Assembly: GCA_964016885.1 (NCBI GenBank)
Contig: OZ024742.1
Coordinates: 85,312,001-85,376,000 of the forward strand
Direction of reading: 5' to 3'
DNA: 64,000 bases
Origin: Eledone cirrhosa
Taxonomy: Eukaryota
Translations under genes and position numbers: made by a program
Shown: in pieces, positions 10,601 to 21,447 of the stretch
Numbering within the stretch: position 1 is the first letter of the stretch
How the letters are laid out: each line of letters begins with the position of its first letter
The notes under the pieces: generated by a model
The model's input: only the letters and a program-made list of their open reading frames with translations
Told to the model about the DNA's origin: nothing
Database searches by the model: none

Positions 10601-11071
10601 GGCAGGGTGATCCACTGGCACCTGTGCAAAGTAAACAATCTACCACATTCTGAGAAATGGTATGAGCATAGGCCAGAGGCGGTGATGGAGAACAATCAGG
10701 TGAAGGTGCTGTGGGATTTTAGGATACAGACGGACAAAAAACTGGAACACAATAGACCTGACCTGGTGGTTGTGGACAAAGAAAAAAGATCGTGCCTGAT
10801 TGTGGATGTGGCCTGCCCGTTCGACACGAGAGTGCAAGAGAAGGAGAGGGAGAAAATTAACCGATACCAGGACCTAAAGTGGGAGGTGAAAAGGATTTGG
10901 AACTGCCATGAAGTCAAAGTGATCCCGATTGTCATAGGCGCACTGGGGACTATCTCCAAAGGTTTCCAGGGATGGTTAAAGAAAATCGGCCCCTTCACGC
11001 TTTTTGGAACGCTTCAAAAGGCATGCTTGCTTGGAACGGCAAGAACCCTCCGATACGTCCTGAATATCTGA
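7679..11071 (+). CDS. R4/Dong polyprotein: N-terminal helical domain, reverse transcriptase, CCHC zinc knuckle, restriction-like endonuclease
   Basis: KSPGPDG, NYRPITCL, DYRKAFD, QGDSLSPLLF, HLLFMDD, YKYLG, GGRGL; CRICGEREETVAHIVSEC; RHD; RPDLVVVD...DVACP...KINRY. Confidence 0.95.
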   Translation: METRTSCDRLSPNRCPLAQQQEPDCQRNTADVGGRRRRKGARTNWTKELNRTVMQCYLKSNPKERGYRRRMHNIWNEIGLFKLDEQKLAGQARVIRTNGWISELELEELSRENGLEMAGVVCQTSEPAGNEGEEVLRAKEPPEADNDLNTEINNTWNRDTATEEMNADGLGQDSVDILNLVVDELNNDSGRPMNLRFVDRKKLKETTAKVNKVIPYLEARSLHQCNNILKATANTVRKLLGIKARGNNRQERAEPWWKKRLSGQIGEMRNDIGKLESLLNGTLKNIGTKNRLEIKYKTRSKKLNIIIEELKQRIVAKSAKIRRYENRVSQYKQNRMFDNNQKMLFGQLEGKERGTDLIPGAEQAKTFWRGIWEQDVRHNAQAGWIETVQREIGEQAQQQTDLSITVETLKGQAKKLTNWKSPGPDGVQGYWIKHLTSLHPKLTAMFNDCLVSGEVPEWLTKGTTVLIMKDQIKGNDVTNYRPITCLPVMWKLLTSIVSEEIYHHLHTNNLLPDEQKGCRKKSRGTKDQLLIDKMVMGNCRRRHTDLAMGWIDYRKAFDMVPHSWITKSLEIFRVADNIRQLLGRSMGSWETELTSTGVSLGSVKIKRGIFQGDSLSPLLFVLALMPLTIMLRKVRAGYKLGRGELTINHLLFMDDLKLFGKSEKELDVLVDTVRIFSSDICMQFGIGKCGVIVMRRGRLSRSNGIQIPTGEMIKEIDSEEGYKYLGVLEADGIKNKKMKELLRTEYIRRVRSVLKSHLNSRNAISAVNSRAVSIIRYSAGILRWNVAEQKEMDRKTRKLLTIYNMFHKRSDVDRLYLRRSEGGRGLISIEDCVQMEKNNLYKYVTYSKEPMLRAVLKEGTVGQGIPKEEITSRRKSSLKGKSLHSTFFEKTEFRDPQTWNWLRRGDLKKATEGMLMAAQEQALKTKWLKHHIYKEEASPLCRICGEREETVAHIVSECKHLAQTHYKGWRHDVMGRVIHWHLCKVNNLPHSEKWYEHRPEAVMENNQVKVLWDFRIQTDKKLEHNRPDLVVVDKEKRSCLIVDVACPFDTRVQEKEREKINRYQDLKWEVKRIWNCHEVKVIPIVIGALGTISKGFQGWLKKIGPFTLFGTLQKACLLGTARTLRYVLNI

Positions 11072-11144
11072 GGCTGCAGGTAGTGGCTTGATATTCAATC
11101 CAACGGACTTTCCAGTTAACCAACATCAATGACTGAGATTCAAG

Positions 11145-11205
<61 letters not shown>

Positions 11206-14200
11206 TCGCCAATCCTCGATAAGAGTGTTTAAATATCGAACATAAACAGTTCGAATAACGGTGAAATGGAGACTAGAACGTCATGTGACAGACTCTCACC
11301 CAACAGGTGCCCCCTGGCTCAGCAGCAGGAACCTGACTGTCAACCAAATACTGCTGATGTTGGAGGAAGAAGAAGAAGGAAAGGGGCCAGAACCAACTGG
11401 ACGAAAGAATTGAATAGAACTGTTATGCAATGCTACCTGAAAAGTAACCCCAAGGAGAGGGGCTACAGGAGACGGATGCATAACATCTGGAACGAGATTG
11501 GTTTATTTAAATTAGATGAACAAAAATTGGCCGGGCAGGCTCGGGTAATAAGAACTAATGGGTGGATAAGCGAGCTGGAACTGGAGGAACTGAGCAGAGA
11601 GAATGGCTTGGAGATGGCGGGTGTAGTATGCCAGACAAGCGAGCCGGCGGGAAATGAAGGTGAGGAGGTCCTGAGAACGGAGGAACCACCCGAAGCAGAC
11701 AATGATCTGAATACTGAGATAAATAATACCTGGAACAGAGATACGGCCACTGAGGAGATGAATGCTGACGGGCTAGGACAAGATTCGGTTGACATCCTAA
11801 ATTTAGTGGTAGATGAATTGAACAATGATAGTGGGAGACCTATGAACCTAAGATTTGTAGACAGGAAAAAGTTAAAAGAAACAAGAGCTAAGGTAAACAA
11901 AGTCATCCCATACCTTGAGGCGAGGAGTCTTCACCAGTGCAACAATATCCTCAAAGCAACAGCAAATACGGTGAGGAAACTACTTGGTATAAAAGCGAGA
12001 GGAAACAACAGACAAGAAAGAGCAGAGCCGTGGTGGAAGAAGCGACTGAGTGGGCAAATCGGGGAAATGAGAAATGACATAGGAAAGCTTGAGTCACTAC
12101 TGAATGGGACACTAAAAAACATAGGCACTAAAAATAGACTGGAAATAAAATACAAAACTAGGAGTAAAAAGCTAAATATTATCATAGAGGAATTGAAGCA
12201 ACGCATTGTAGCAAAGAGTGCCAAAATCAGGCGATACGAGAACAGAGTCAGTCAGTATAAACAGAACCGCATGTTCGACAACAACCAGAAGATGCTGTTT
12301 GGACATCTTGAGGGGAAAGAAAGAGGCAACGACTTGATCCCTGGGGCGGAACAAGCTAAAACATTCTGGAGAGGAATATGGGAGCAGGATGTTAGACACA
12401 ATGCCCAGGCAGGGTGGATTGAGACAGTACAGAGGGAGATCGGTGAGCAGGCACAACAACAGACTGATTTGAGTATCACAGTTGAAACTCTTAAGGGGCA
12501 AGCCAAAAAACTAACCAACTGGAAATCACCAGGCCCAGATGGTGTGCAGGGTTATTGGATTAAACATTTAACATCCCTCCACCCGAAGCTGACGGCCATG
12601 TTCAATGACTGCTTGGTGTCGGGTGAGGTGCCAGAGTGGTTGACAAAAGGTACCACAGTTCTGATAATGAAAGACCGAATCAAGGGTAATGATGTTACCA
12701 ACTATAGACCTATCACATGTCTGCCCGTAATGTGGAAACTGTTGACGAGCATTGTGTCTGAGGAAATCTACCATCATCTCCACACAAACAACTTGTTACC
12801 GAACGAACTGAAAGGATGCCGAAAGAAGTCACGTGGTACAAAGGACCAGTTGCTTATTGATAAGATGGTAGTGGGGAATTGCAGGAGGAGACACACTGAT
12901 CTTGCCATGGGATGGATAGACTACAGAAAGGCATTTGACATGGTGCCTCATTCCTGGATCACCAAAAGCCTGGAGATCTTCAGGGTGGCAGATAATATCA
13001 GACAGTTGCTGGGCAGGAGTATGGGGTCCTGGGAGACAGAGTTGACATCAACTGGAGTATCCTTGGAAAGCGTGAAGATCAAGAGAGGTATCTTCCAGGG
13101 AGATAGCCTGTCCCCTCTTTTGTTTGTCCTTGCCCTGATGCCCTTGACCATTATGCTGCGAAAAGTGAGAGCAGGATACAAGTTGGGAAGGGGAGAGCTT
13201 ACCATCAATCACCTCCTCTTCATGGACGATCTTAAGCTTTTCGGGAATAGTGAGAAGGAGTTGGATGTGCTTGTTGACACTGTCCGTATTTTCAGCAGTG
13301 ATATATGTATGCAGTTTGGTATTGGTAAATGTGGAGTCATTGTGATGAAGAGGGGTAGGTTGAGCAGAGGTAACGGGATCCAGATACCAACAGGTGAGAT
13401 GATAAAGGAAATTGACTCTGAGGAAGGATACAAGTATTTGGGCGTTCTGGAGGCTGATGGCATAAAGAACAAAAAAATGAAGGAATTGTTAAGAACTGAA
13501 TACATTCGGAGAGTAAGGAGCGTATTGAAGTCACATCTGAACAGCAGAAATGCCATAAGGGCAGTAAATTCCCGAGCTGTGTCTATTATTAGGTACAGTG
13601 CGGGAATTCTGAGATGGAATGTTGCTGAACAAAAAGAAATGGATAGGAAGACTAGGAAGCTATTGACTATCTACAACATGTTCCACAAGAGGAGTGATGT
13701 CGATAGACTCTACCTAAGGAGATCTGAGGGTGGAAGAGGTCTTATCAGCATAGAGGACTGTGTTCAGATGGAGAAAAACAACCTATACAAATACGTGACC
13801 TATAGTAAGGAGCCAATGCTCAGAACTGTACTGAAGGAGGGGACAATAGGCCAGGGGATGTCCAAGGAGGAAATAACATCAAGGAGGAAGAGCAGCCTTA
13901 AGGGAAAATCCCTTCATAGTACCTTCTTTGAGAAAACTGAATTTAGAGATCCACAGACATGGAACTGGTTGAGAAGAGGAGACCTCAAAAAGGCTACAGA
14001 AGGAATGCTAATGGCTGCGCAGGAGCAGGCCCTCAAAACGAAGTGGTTGAAGCACCATATCTACAAGGAGGAGGCTAGCCCACTGTGCAGGATCTGTGGA
14101 GAGAGAGAGGAGACTGTGGCTCACATTGTGTCCGAGTGTAAACAGCTAGCCCAGACCCACTATAAGGGCTGGAGACACGATGTGATGGGCAGGGTGATCC

Positions 14201-14731
14201 ACTGGCACCTGTGCAAAGTAAACAATCTACCACATTCTGAGAAATGGTATGAGCATAGGCCAGAGGCGGTGATGGAGAACAGTCAGGTGAAGGTGCTGTG
14301 GGATTTTAGGATACAGACGGACAAAAAACTGGAACACAATAGACCTGACCTGGTGGTTGTGGACAAAGAAAAAAGATCGTGCCTGATTGTGGATGTGGCC
14401 TGCCCGTTCGACACGAGAGTGCAAGAGAAGGAGAGGGAGAAAATTAACCGATACCAGGACCTAAAGTGGGAGGTGAAAAGGATTTGGAACTGCCATGAAG
14501 TCAAAGTGATCCCGATTGTCATAGACGCACTGGGGACTATCTCCAAAGGTTTCCAGGGATGGTTAAAGAAAATCGGCCCCTTCACGCTTTTTGGAACGCT
14601 TCAAAAGGCATGCTTGCTTGGAACAGCAAGAACCTCCGATACGTCCTGAATATCTGAGGCTGCAGGTAGTGGCTTGATATTCAATCCAACGGACTTTCCA
14701 GTTAACCAACATCAATGACTGAGATTCAAGG
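11206..14731 (+). mobile_element. R4/Dong family A copy 2, 5'-truncated 60 bp upstream of the ATG
   Basis: Near-identical to copy 1 from 7619 onward. In direct tandem across (AAT)20. Confidence 0.93.
11266..14649 (+). CDS. R4/Dong polyprotein (1127 aa); a 1-bp deletion alters the last residues
   Basis: Same motifs as 7679-11071. AGAACCTCC versus AGAACCCTCC changes TLRYVLNI to TSDTS. Confidence 0.9.
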   Translation: METRTSCDRLSPNRCPLAQQQEPDCQPNTADVGGRRRRKGARTNWTKELNRTVMQCYLKSNPKERGYRRRMHNIWNEIGLFKLDEQKLAGQARVIRTNGWISELELEELSRENGLEMAGVVCQTSEPAGNEGEEVLRTEEPPEADNDLNTEINNTWNRDTATEEMNADGLGQDSVDILNLVVDELNNDSGRPMNLRFVDRKKLKETRAKVNKVIPYLEARSLHQCNNILKATANTVRKLLGIKARGNNRQERAEPWWKKRLSGQIGEMRNDIGKLESLLNGTLKNIGTKNRLEIKYKTRSKKLNIIIEELKQRIVAKSAKIRRYENRVSQYKQNRMFDNNQKMLFGHLEGKERGNDLIPGAEQAKTFWRGIWEQDVRHNAQAGWIETVQREIGEQAQQQTDLSITVETLKGQAKKLTNWKSPGPDGVQGYWIKHLTSLHPKLTAMFNDCLVSGEVPEWLTKGTTVLIMKDRIKGNDVTNYRPITCLPVMWKLLTSIVSEEIYHHLHTNNLLPNELKGCRKKSRGTKDQLLIDKMVVGNCRRRHTDLAMGWIDYRKAFDMVPHSWITKSLEIFRVADNIRQLLGRSMGSWETELTSTGVSLESVKIKRGIFQGDSLSPLLFVLALMPLTIMLRKVRAGYKLGRGELTINHLLFMDDLKLFGNSEKELDVLVDTVRIFSSDICMQFGIGKCGVIVMKRGRLSRGNGIQIPTGEMIKEIDSEEGYKYLGVLEADGIKNKKMKELLRTEYIRRVRSVLKSHLNSRNAIRAVNSRAVSIIRYSAGILRWNVAEQKEMDRKTRKLLTIYNMFHKRSDVDRLYLRRSEGGRGLISIEDCVQMEKNNLYKYVTYSKEPMLRTVLKEGTIGQGMSKEEITSRRKSSLKGKSLHSTFFEKTEFRDPQTWNWLRRGDLKKATEGMLMAAQEQALKTKWLKHHIYKEEASPLCRICGEREETVAHIVSECKQLAQTHYKGWRHDVMGRVIHWHLCKVNNLPHSEKWYEHRPEAVMENSQVKVLWDFRIQTDKKLEHNRPDLVVVDKEKRSCLIVDVACPFDTRVQEKEREKINRYQDLKWEVKRIWNCHEVKVIPIVIDALGTISKGFQGWLKKIGPFTLFGTLQKACLLGTARTSDTS

Positions 14732-14761
14732 AATAACAATAACAATAATAATAATAATAAT

Positions 14762-17700
14762 GATTTCTTTATTAACCACAAGGGTTTACATAAAGTAGAC
14801 ATTAAGGACAGTGCAGGACAATGCAGGACGGTACAAATGGGCATTTCTGCGTGTAAAAAACAAAAGCAGAGGATGTAACAAAAAATAACAATGAAAAATT
14901 CCCCAATAGGGGGCAGACTTCGGAGGGACATTTGTGGAGAAAGCCCAGTAAAAAGCCACAATGACCCTGACCACCAAGGCAAGTGCCCTCTCCCAGTTTT
15001 CCACCTTTAATTTACAGATTCATACTCAGAGTAGGCCCATTCACTCGGGCCATTCTTGCTTCTCTCACCCATCTTTCAACAAAATGCTGGGAAGAGAGCA
15101 CTTCCCTCTCTACTCTGATTTTCCTTTTCAAATGAAATTTGAAAAAGTCAATCAGAGCATCACCGAAGAGGTAAGTGCTCGTCTTCAGCCCTTTCAAACC
15201 TGTCCACCATACTATCTCTTTCACCATGGCCACCAGGCAGATAAAAACTGGCTGCCCTTCCCGGCTAAAGGAGGAGGGCGGGGCAATCCTCACGATGGAC
15301 TCAGATGATAGCCGGATCCGTCCTAAACGCGACAGCAGGTGTTCGACATAAACCCACAAATCAGCAATGCTCGGACACTGGACGAGTGCGTGCAGGACGG
15401 TTTCGTCGCCCTGTGCGCATCTCGGACATGCCTGGCTGACGGCACCTCCATGCCTGTAAAGTTTATCCCGAACTGGCAAAGCACCCCGGTAGCACTGCCA
15501 TGCCAGGGATTTCTGGAAGTTGTCCATAGGCCCCGGCCCGAAAGTCCTTCCGAAGAGATTGGTTAGTTGATTTTCTTCGACGCCTAGAGTTTCTCCAAGT
15601 ACGTCGTCGCTCTTCCCCTCCACTAATCCACTATAGAACGCCAAGGTGGAGTTTCCACCGATCATATTGCCCGATTGGTCGAGGGCTGTGAGCGCCTGAA
15701 GACATTCCAGTCTGCCAGCGCTCCCTCTCGGTCTTTGCTTGACCCACGACTGCAGCTCCGTCAAGGAGACGAGCTGGGGAAAAACGTGTCTAGCAAACGG
15801 CGACCACACCTGATCACCGTCGAGGAAGAGTGGAGATGTCGTAGCCTGAGCGCGTGTCTGCGCATCATCAGCCACGGCATGCCCAGCCCTCCACGTAGCG
15901 GGTGTTGACAGCAGATGGACCGCCTGACCATCGGAGCGCGTCCCTTCCACAAGAAGCGAAAGAGCAAACGCTCCAGCGCAGTCAGGCGGGGCTTAGGACA
16001 AGGTACGACGGTCAGGTGGTAGTAGATGACGGACGCGATGTACGCGTTCGCGACTTCCGCTCGACCATTCAGGGATAGCTTCCTCTCGGCCCATTTCTGG
16101 GTGAGAGAAGCCACCCTGCTCGTCACCTCGTCCCAGTTTTTGTCCGTCTGGAGGTCTGGACCGAACCAGACCCCTAGCAATTTAACCGGTCCGTCTGTCC
16201 AGCGCCCGACAACGCTGTTGGACGGCATGGACCTGCCTCTCCAGGTGCCGAGCTGCAGGCCCACTGACTTTTCCTGGTTGATCATTGCTCCTGTCACCGC
16301 TTCGTATTCTCTTAGTGTAGTGCCGATCGCCTCGATGTGTTTGGCGTTCTACACCACTACGGTGACATCGTCGGCATATGCTGACACGGATCTTCCGCAT
16401 CCTAGTTCGCGCGGGATCCCCCTCAACGTCTCCAGCTTGTGCAGTAATGGCTCGAGAGTCAATACGTACAATAGGGACGAGAGGGGACATCCTTGGCAGA
16501 CCGAGCGCATGATGTTGAACGGTTCCGAAAGGTGACCGTTCACTCTCACTACAGAGCAGATGTCGCTGTGCATGGCAGCGATCCAGCCTCTGAAGACGGG
16601 CCCAAAGTCAGCCGTCCTCAGGACTGCCGCTAGGTAACGATGGTCGACCCTATCGAAGGCTTTAGACTGATCTAAATTGATCAAAGTCCCACCCGTGCCA
16701 GGTTCCCTAGCTACCCTCTCTACGATGTATCGCATGAGGTGGAGGTTGTCGTGAATGGATCTGTCGGGAATGGTTGTTGTTCAAATTTAATGCTTTGTAG
16801 TGTGTATCGTTTTTGTTGTTTTGTTTTGTTTGCGTTTGTTGTGGGTTTGTTTCTGTTTCGCATTTTGGTGACTTTTGTGGTGTAGGTGATGGTGGTGTTG
16901 GGGTTAATGATGGTGATGGTGTTGGTGTTTGGGTTGATGAGGTTGGTGATGCTGGTGTGGATGGTGGCATATCTGTCCTAACTTTTTTGTTTCTTAATTT
17001 ATTTGTTTCCCTCTGTATTTTGTTTTTGGAGGGGGAAGGAAGAGAATTTTTTTTTTTTTTTTTTTCTTCCGGATATCGTTCCCCACTCCTCGTCGTCACA
17101 ATCTGTCTCCAGTTGTGATAGGCCGGGGAGTGGAAAATCTTCCACAGCCGTTAGTTTTGGTTGTGGCGTGGTGGATGGTGTAGGCGCTGGTGCTAGTTCT
17201 GAAGCGTTGGGTGGTGGTGGTGTTGGTTTTGCTGGTGGTGGTGGTGGTGTTGGTTTTGCTACTGTTGCTGGGGTTGTTGTTGTTATAGTTGCTTCTGTTG
17301 TTGCTGCTACAGTTGTTGCTGCCATCTCTGCTACTGGTGGTGTTGATGTTGTGTCACTGTGGTGGGTAGGAGAGGTGGCCTCAACCTTTTACCCTGAGGG
17401 CAGAAAGCCCTTAGTTGGTTTCCTTCACCACAAACGACACACCTAGTCTTCTGCCCTCGACAATTACCGTGAGGTGGCTGCCGTCAGTGAGGTCTATTAC
17501 CTCTGGGATTTCCTCAATGCTTTTTTGGTCCGCTTGGATCAGGAGCTCCATCCCAGATCCGGACCAGTTCTCCTGCTTTTCTTTTGCTATTGCTATTATT
17601 TTCGTGTTGGCTTCGATGCCGACGAGGACAGCCGCTATTAGCCAGGGAATTTCGATGGCCGGTGGAACGTGGGTCACCCTGATCTTTACGAGTCTCTGGC

Positions 17701-18699
17701 CACAATAGCTTGGGACGAGTGTGAAGTCGTCACTTCTTAATGGGGCCATGGATTGTTCTCTAGCCTCCTCTGGTGTTTCAAAGAACACGTCCACGGTTCC
17801 ATACTTTTGCCCACGTCTGATGTGGGTTTTTCTTGCCCGCACATGTCCCAAAGCTTTTTGGATTTGGGACTCGGGTGCCCGTTCCACTCGGTGCGATTTT
17901 ACATTTATTGTTCTATCTATACGACACGGTGCATAGGCGCCGATGCTCCATTTTATTAGGTGGGGGGGGGGCTGACCCTGTACCCATCTTTCTTTACCAT
18001 TTGTTTGGCATTTTCTAAATCCTCCTGATTTACCGTAAATGCTTCGAACTGTTTTGCTACTCTGGCGAAACTGAGGGGGGGGGGGTTATAATGTCATTGT
18101 TGTTGTTGTTGTTGCTATCGTTAATATTAATTTCAGTTTCAGTTGTGGTGGTGGTGACGTCAGTCGTCTTTGGTGGGGAAGAGTCCATTTTGCTTGATTT
18201 CATTTCGACATCACGAGTTAATTTATTTTTTTCTTCTTTTGTTTCTGTTGTCGCGGTGGTGGTGGTGGTGGTGGTTGTCGCGGTGGTGGTGTTGGTGGAG
18301 GCTTTAACACCTGCAGTCATTGGTAATGGCGGGAAATGAATGTCTGCCTGAGACAAATTTAAAATATTGCTAGTGCTTATATTTTTTTTTGTGTTGGCAA
18401 ACGTAGTAACATTTACAATGGTGGTGTCGGTGTGAGGTGTTAATTTGTGAGGACGGCTTTCAGCTGCTTCGTGCATAGGTGAATTAGCCATTTTTTTCAA
18501 AGAAACTTTTTTGATAATAATAAAAGTTTAAATTTTGGGCACAAGGCCCCAATCTTTTTGGGTGTCCTTTTCGGAAAACAATGTATGTGCGCTTATATAT
18601 GGTTAACAATAAAACATTTTCCATAAATGGCAATTTTTAACAAACGGAAATAACAAACCTTTGCGGAGCTCACGATGATACGATACTACGTAGGTCGCC
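14762..18699 (-). mobile_element. Chimeric Tx1-clade element: young family-X 3' part (14762-16772) joined to a divergent family-Y 5' UTR/ORF1 (16773-18699)
   Basis: The 3' part is near-identical to 48341-50364 (DQSKAFD, YADD; frameshifted). The ORF1 part is homologous but divergent (QIQKALG, VPSYCGQ, VEGRR). APE and the RT N-terminus are absent. Confidence 0.85.
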
Positions 18700-18726
18700 A
18701 ATAATAATAATAATAATAATAATAAT

Positions 18727-21393
18727 AGTCGCTTTGAAAAACGATCTAGATTCTATAAGGACAATAATATGTTCAAAAACAACCAAAGAAACGTCTACAG
18801 AAAAATTGGTAAGTCAACAATAGCTGCTAAATCAATACCACCCAAGGAGGAAATGCAAGAATTCTGGGAAAAGATCTGGGCCGAAGAAAAAGTTCATAAC
18901 ATATATGCCCCATGGATAGACAGACAAATGAAAGATACAGCTTACCTTGAGGAACAAATATGGGAAAATAAAACAGTTGAACAGTTGCGTTTGGCTCTTA
19001 GAAAAGCCAGCAAATGGAAATCCCCAGGAAAAAAAAAAATACCAAGTTTTTGGATAAATGCCTTCACAGAGTCTCATGAGCTGTTAGCCCAACTTTACAA
19101 TGAAATAGTTAAGGAGCCAGAAAAGATAAGATCATGGCTAGTTAACGGCATTACATTCCTGCATCCCAAGAATGATGACACAAACAATCCCAAAAATTAC
19201 AGACTGATAACTTGCTTGACCACAATGTATAAAATGTTAACATCAGTCCTAACTGAATATACATATCACCACCTGATAACAAATGACCTATTTCCCAATG
19301 AGCAGAAAGCATGTAAACGAGGCTCATATGGCTGTAGGGATCAGCTTCTGGTTAACAAAATGATACTGGTTGATTGTCACAATAGACAGAAAAAATCTAT
19401 CAACTGCTTGGATAAATATAAAAAAAGCATTCGATAGTTTGCCACACAGTTGGATTGAAAAATGTTTAGAGATTTTCAAAATATCTCCCCTTGTCAGGAG
19501 GTTCTTGTCATTCAGTATGAATACATGAAAACGACACTCCTTTTGAATAGTGAAAAAAATCACTGGAAGCTGGAGAAGTTATTATTAATTGTGGAATTGT
19601 TCAGGGTGACACTTATTCACCGCTTTTATTCTGCATCGCACTTATACCATTAAGTAAAATGCTCAATGTAACAAAACATGGAAATATAGTCTGTGACAAA
19701 ACCATTAATCACTTGTTCTACATGGATGACCTGAAACTATTTGCAAAAATTTATGAACAATTGTGGGGCAGTTCAGTGATGACATTAAAATGGAGTTTGG
19801 ACTAGATGAATGCGCCAAAGCAACGTTCACCAGAGCAAAACTGCTGAAAAGTCCAGACACTACTCTTGATCGGGGGAGGTGGTAAGAGAACTTGATCAAG
19901 AGGAAACTTACAAATATCTAGGTGTTTGTGAAGGAGACGGAATCAAGCACTCGAAAATAAGGGAAAGGATAAGGAAGGAATGTTACCGCAGAGTAAGAGT
20001 AATCTTAAGAACGCAATTGAATGCAAGGAATAGGATCGATTCCATAAACACGCTTGTCATACCAGTAGTAACCTACAGTTAGAATGGGATCAACTGGTCA
20101 AGCACAGAGATCCGTAGGCTCGATACAAATATTAGAAAATTCTTAACCATGCACAGAATGCATCACCCTAAGGCAGATACAGATAGAATATATCTCCCTA
20201 GGAAAGAAGGAGGACGTGGGTTAATCCAGTTAGACATTGCGTTGAAAACTGCAACAATTGGATTATCTACATATCTAAGGGAATCACATGATTGGATGAT
20301 CAAACTCGTTTTGAAACACGAAAGCATCAAAAGATCATACTCCATTACAAAAGATGCACAAAGATACAGTAATGGACTACAAATCAGAAGTCCCATTTAC
20401 TGCTGAAATGGAAAACACAGAAAAAGCAAAGCAGGTAAAAGTAACTGCAAAGAAAGAACTGCTACAGAAACTGGCTCAGAAATGGCAAGAAAAGCCTCTG
20501 TATGGAAAATACCCAGAACGAGCTAACAATCCTGATGTTGACAAAACTGTAACCCATCAGTGGTTGGCATCCTCTGGACTGAAATCGGAGACTGAAGGAC
20601 TGATTATATCAGCACAAGATCAGTGTCTGCCAACAACAAATTACCAGGCCAACATAACAAAAAATGGATGCAGCCCATTATGCCGTGTATCTAAATAACA
20701 ACCAAAGACCATTGATCATATAATTTCAATGTGCAGTCCTATAGCTCCAACCGAATACCTAAACAGGCATGACAGAGCTGCACAATACATACATTGGATA
20801 ATGTGTAAGCATTTTGACATGCCCCATCAAAAGAATTGGTTGGAGCATCAACCACCTCCCATACTTGAAAAAGATCACATCTCAATCTTGTGGAACTTTA
20901 GCATCCAAACAGACCGAACAATTGATGCAAATAGACCTGATAAAATACTGAATGACTTTAAAAAGTGGGTATGCCTGGTAATTGATATGTCCGTTCCAAT
21001 AGACAAGAATGTATCTATAAAAACATTTGAAAAATTGAGCAAGTATAAGGACCTGGAGATAGAAATTGGAAAAATTTAGAAGTTGAGAACTAAAACAATA
21101 CCAGTAGTTGTAAGCGCTCTAGGAATGATACCTAATGGGTCTAATTATTACTTATCGCAAATCCAAGGAAACACGCGTATAGGAGAAATACAAAAGACAT
21201 TACTAATCGGAAATGCCCATATACTAAGGAAGATTCTGTCAATATAAGTACATCATAAGTCTAAACACATAAAGATGCATGTGTGTGTATGTATGTTCTT
21301 TCTTGAACATGTCGGAACTTGTTGTCTCTTGAGGTCACTGGTTGTGACTTGGTGATAACTCGTATGAACTTAAAGCAAGATAAATGCAGCTGT
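18727..21393 (+). mobile_element. Degraded, 5'-truncated R4/Dong element of a second family (B)
   Basis: Fragments WKSPG, NYRLITCL, YKYLG, GGRGL, RHD and NRPD...KLSKYKDL, with many stops and frameshifts. (AAT)n on both sides. Confidence 0.88.
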
Positions 21394-21396
21394 AAC

Positions 21397-21446
<50 letters not shown>

Positions 21447-21447
<1 letters not shown>

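Larger units (their letters stand above)
6280..11145 (+). mobile_element. Full-length R4/Dong-clade non-LTR retrotransposon, family A copy 1
   Basis: 1.4-kb 5' UTR, a single 1130-aa ORF, ~74-bp 3' UTR, (AAT)n on both sides. The same ends are seen in the copy at 28999-33877. Confidence 0.93.

Noticed and set aside
7709-10998. Recurrent antisense ORFs inside R4 and Tx1 copies
   Set aside because: Shadows of the sense ORFs; they recur only because the copies are near-identical.
21319-21446. 924-aa ORF with a novel N-terminus containing poly-Asn
   Set aside because: It starts at TTG in the 3' UTR of family B and reads through (AAT)n into a truncated family-A copy; a chance fusion.
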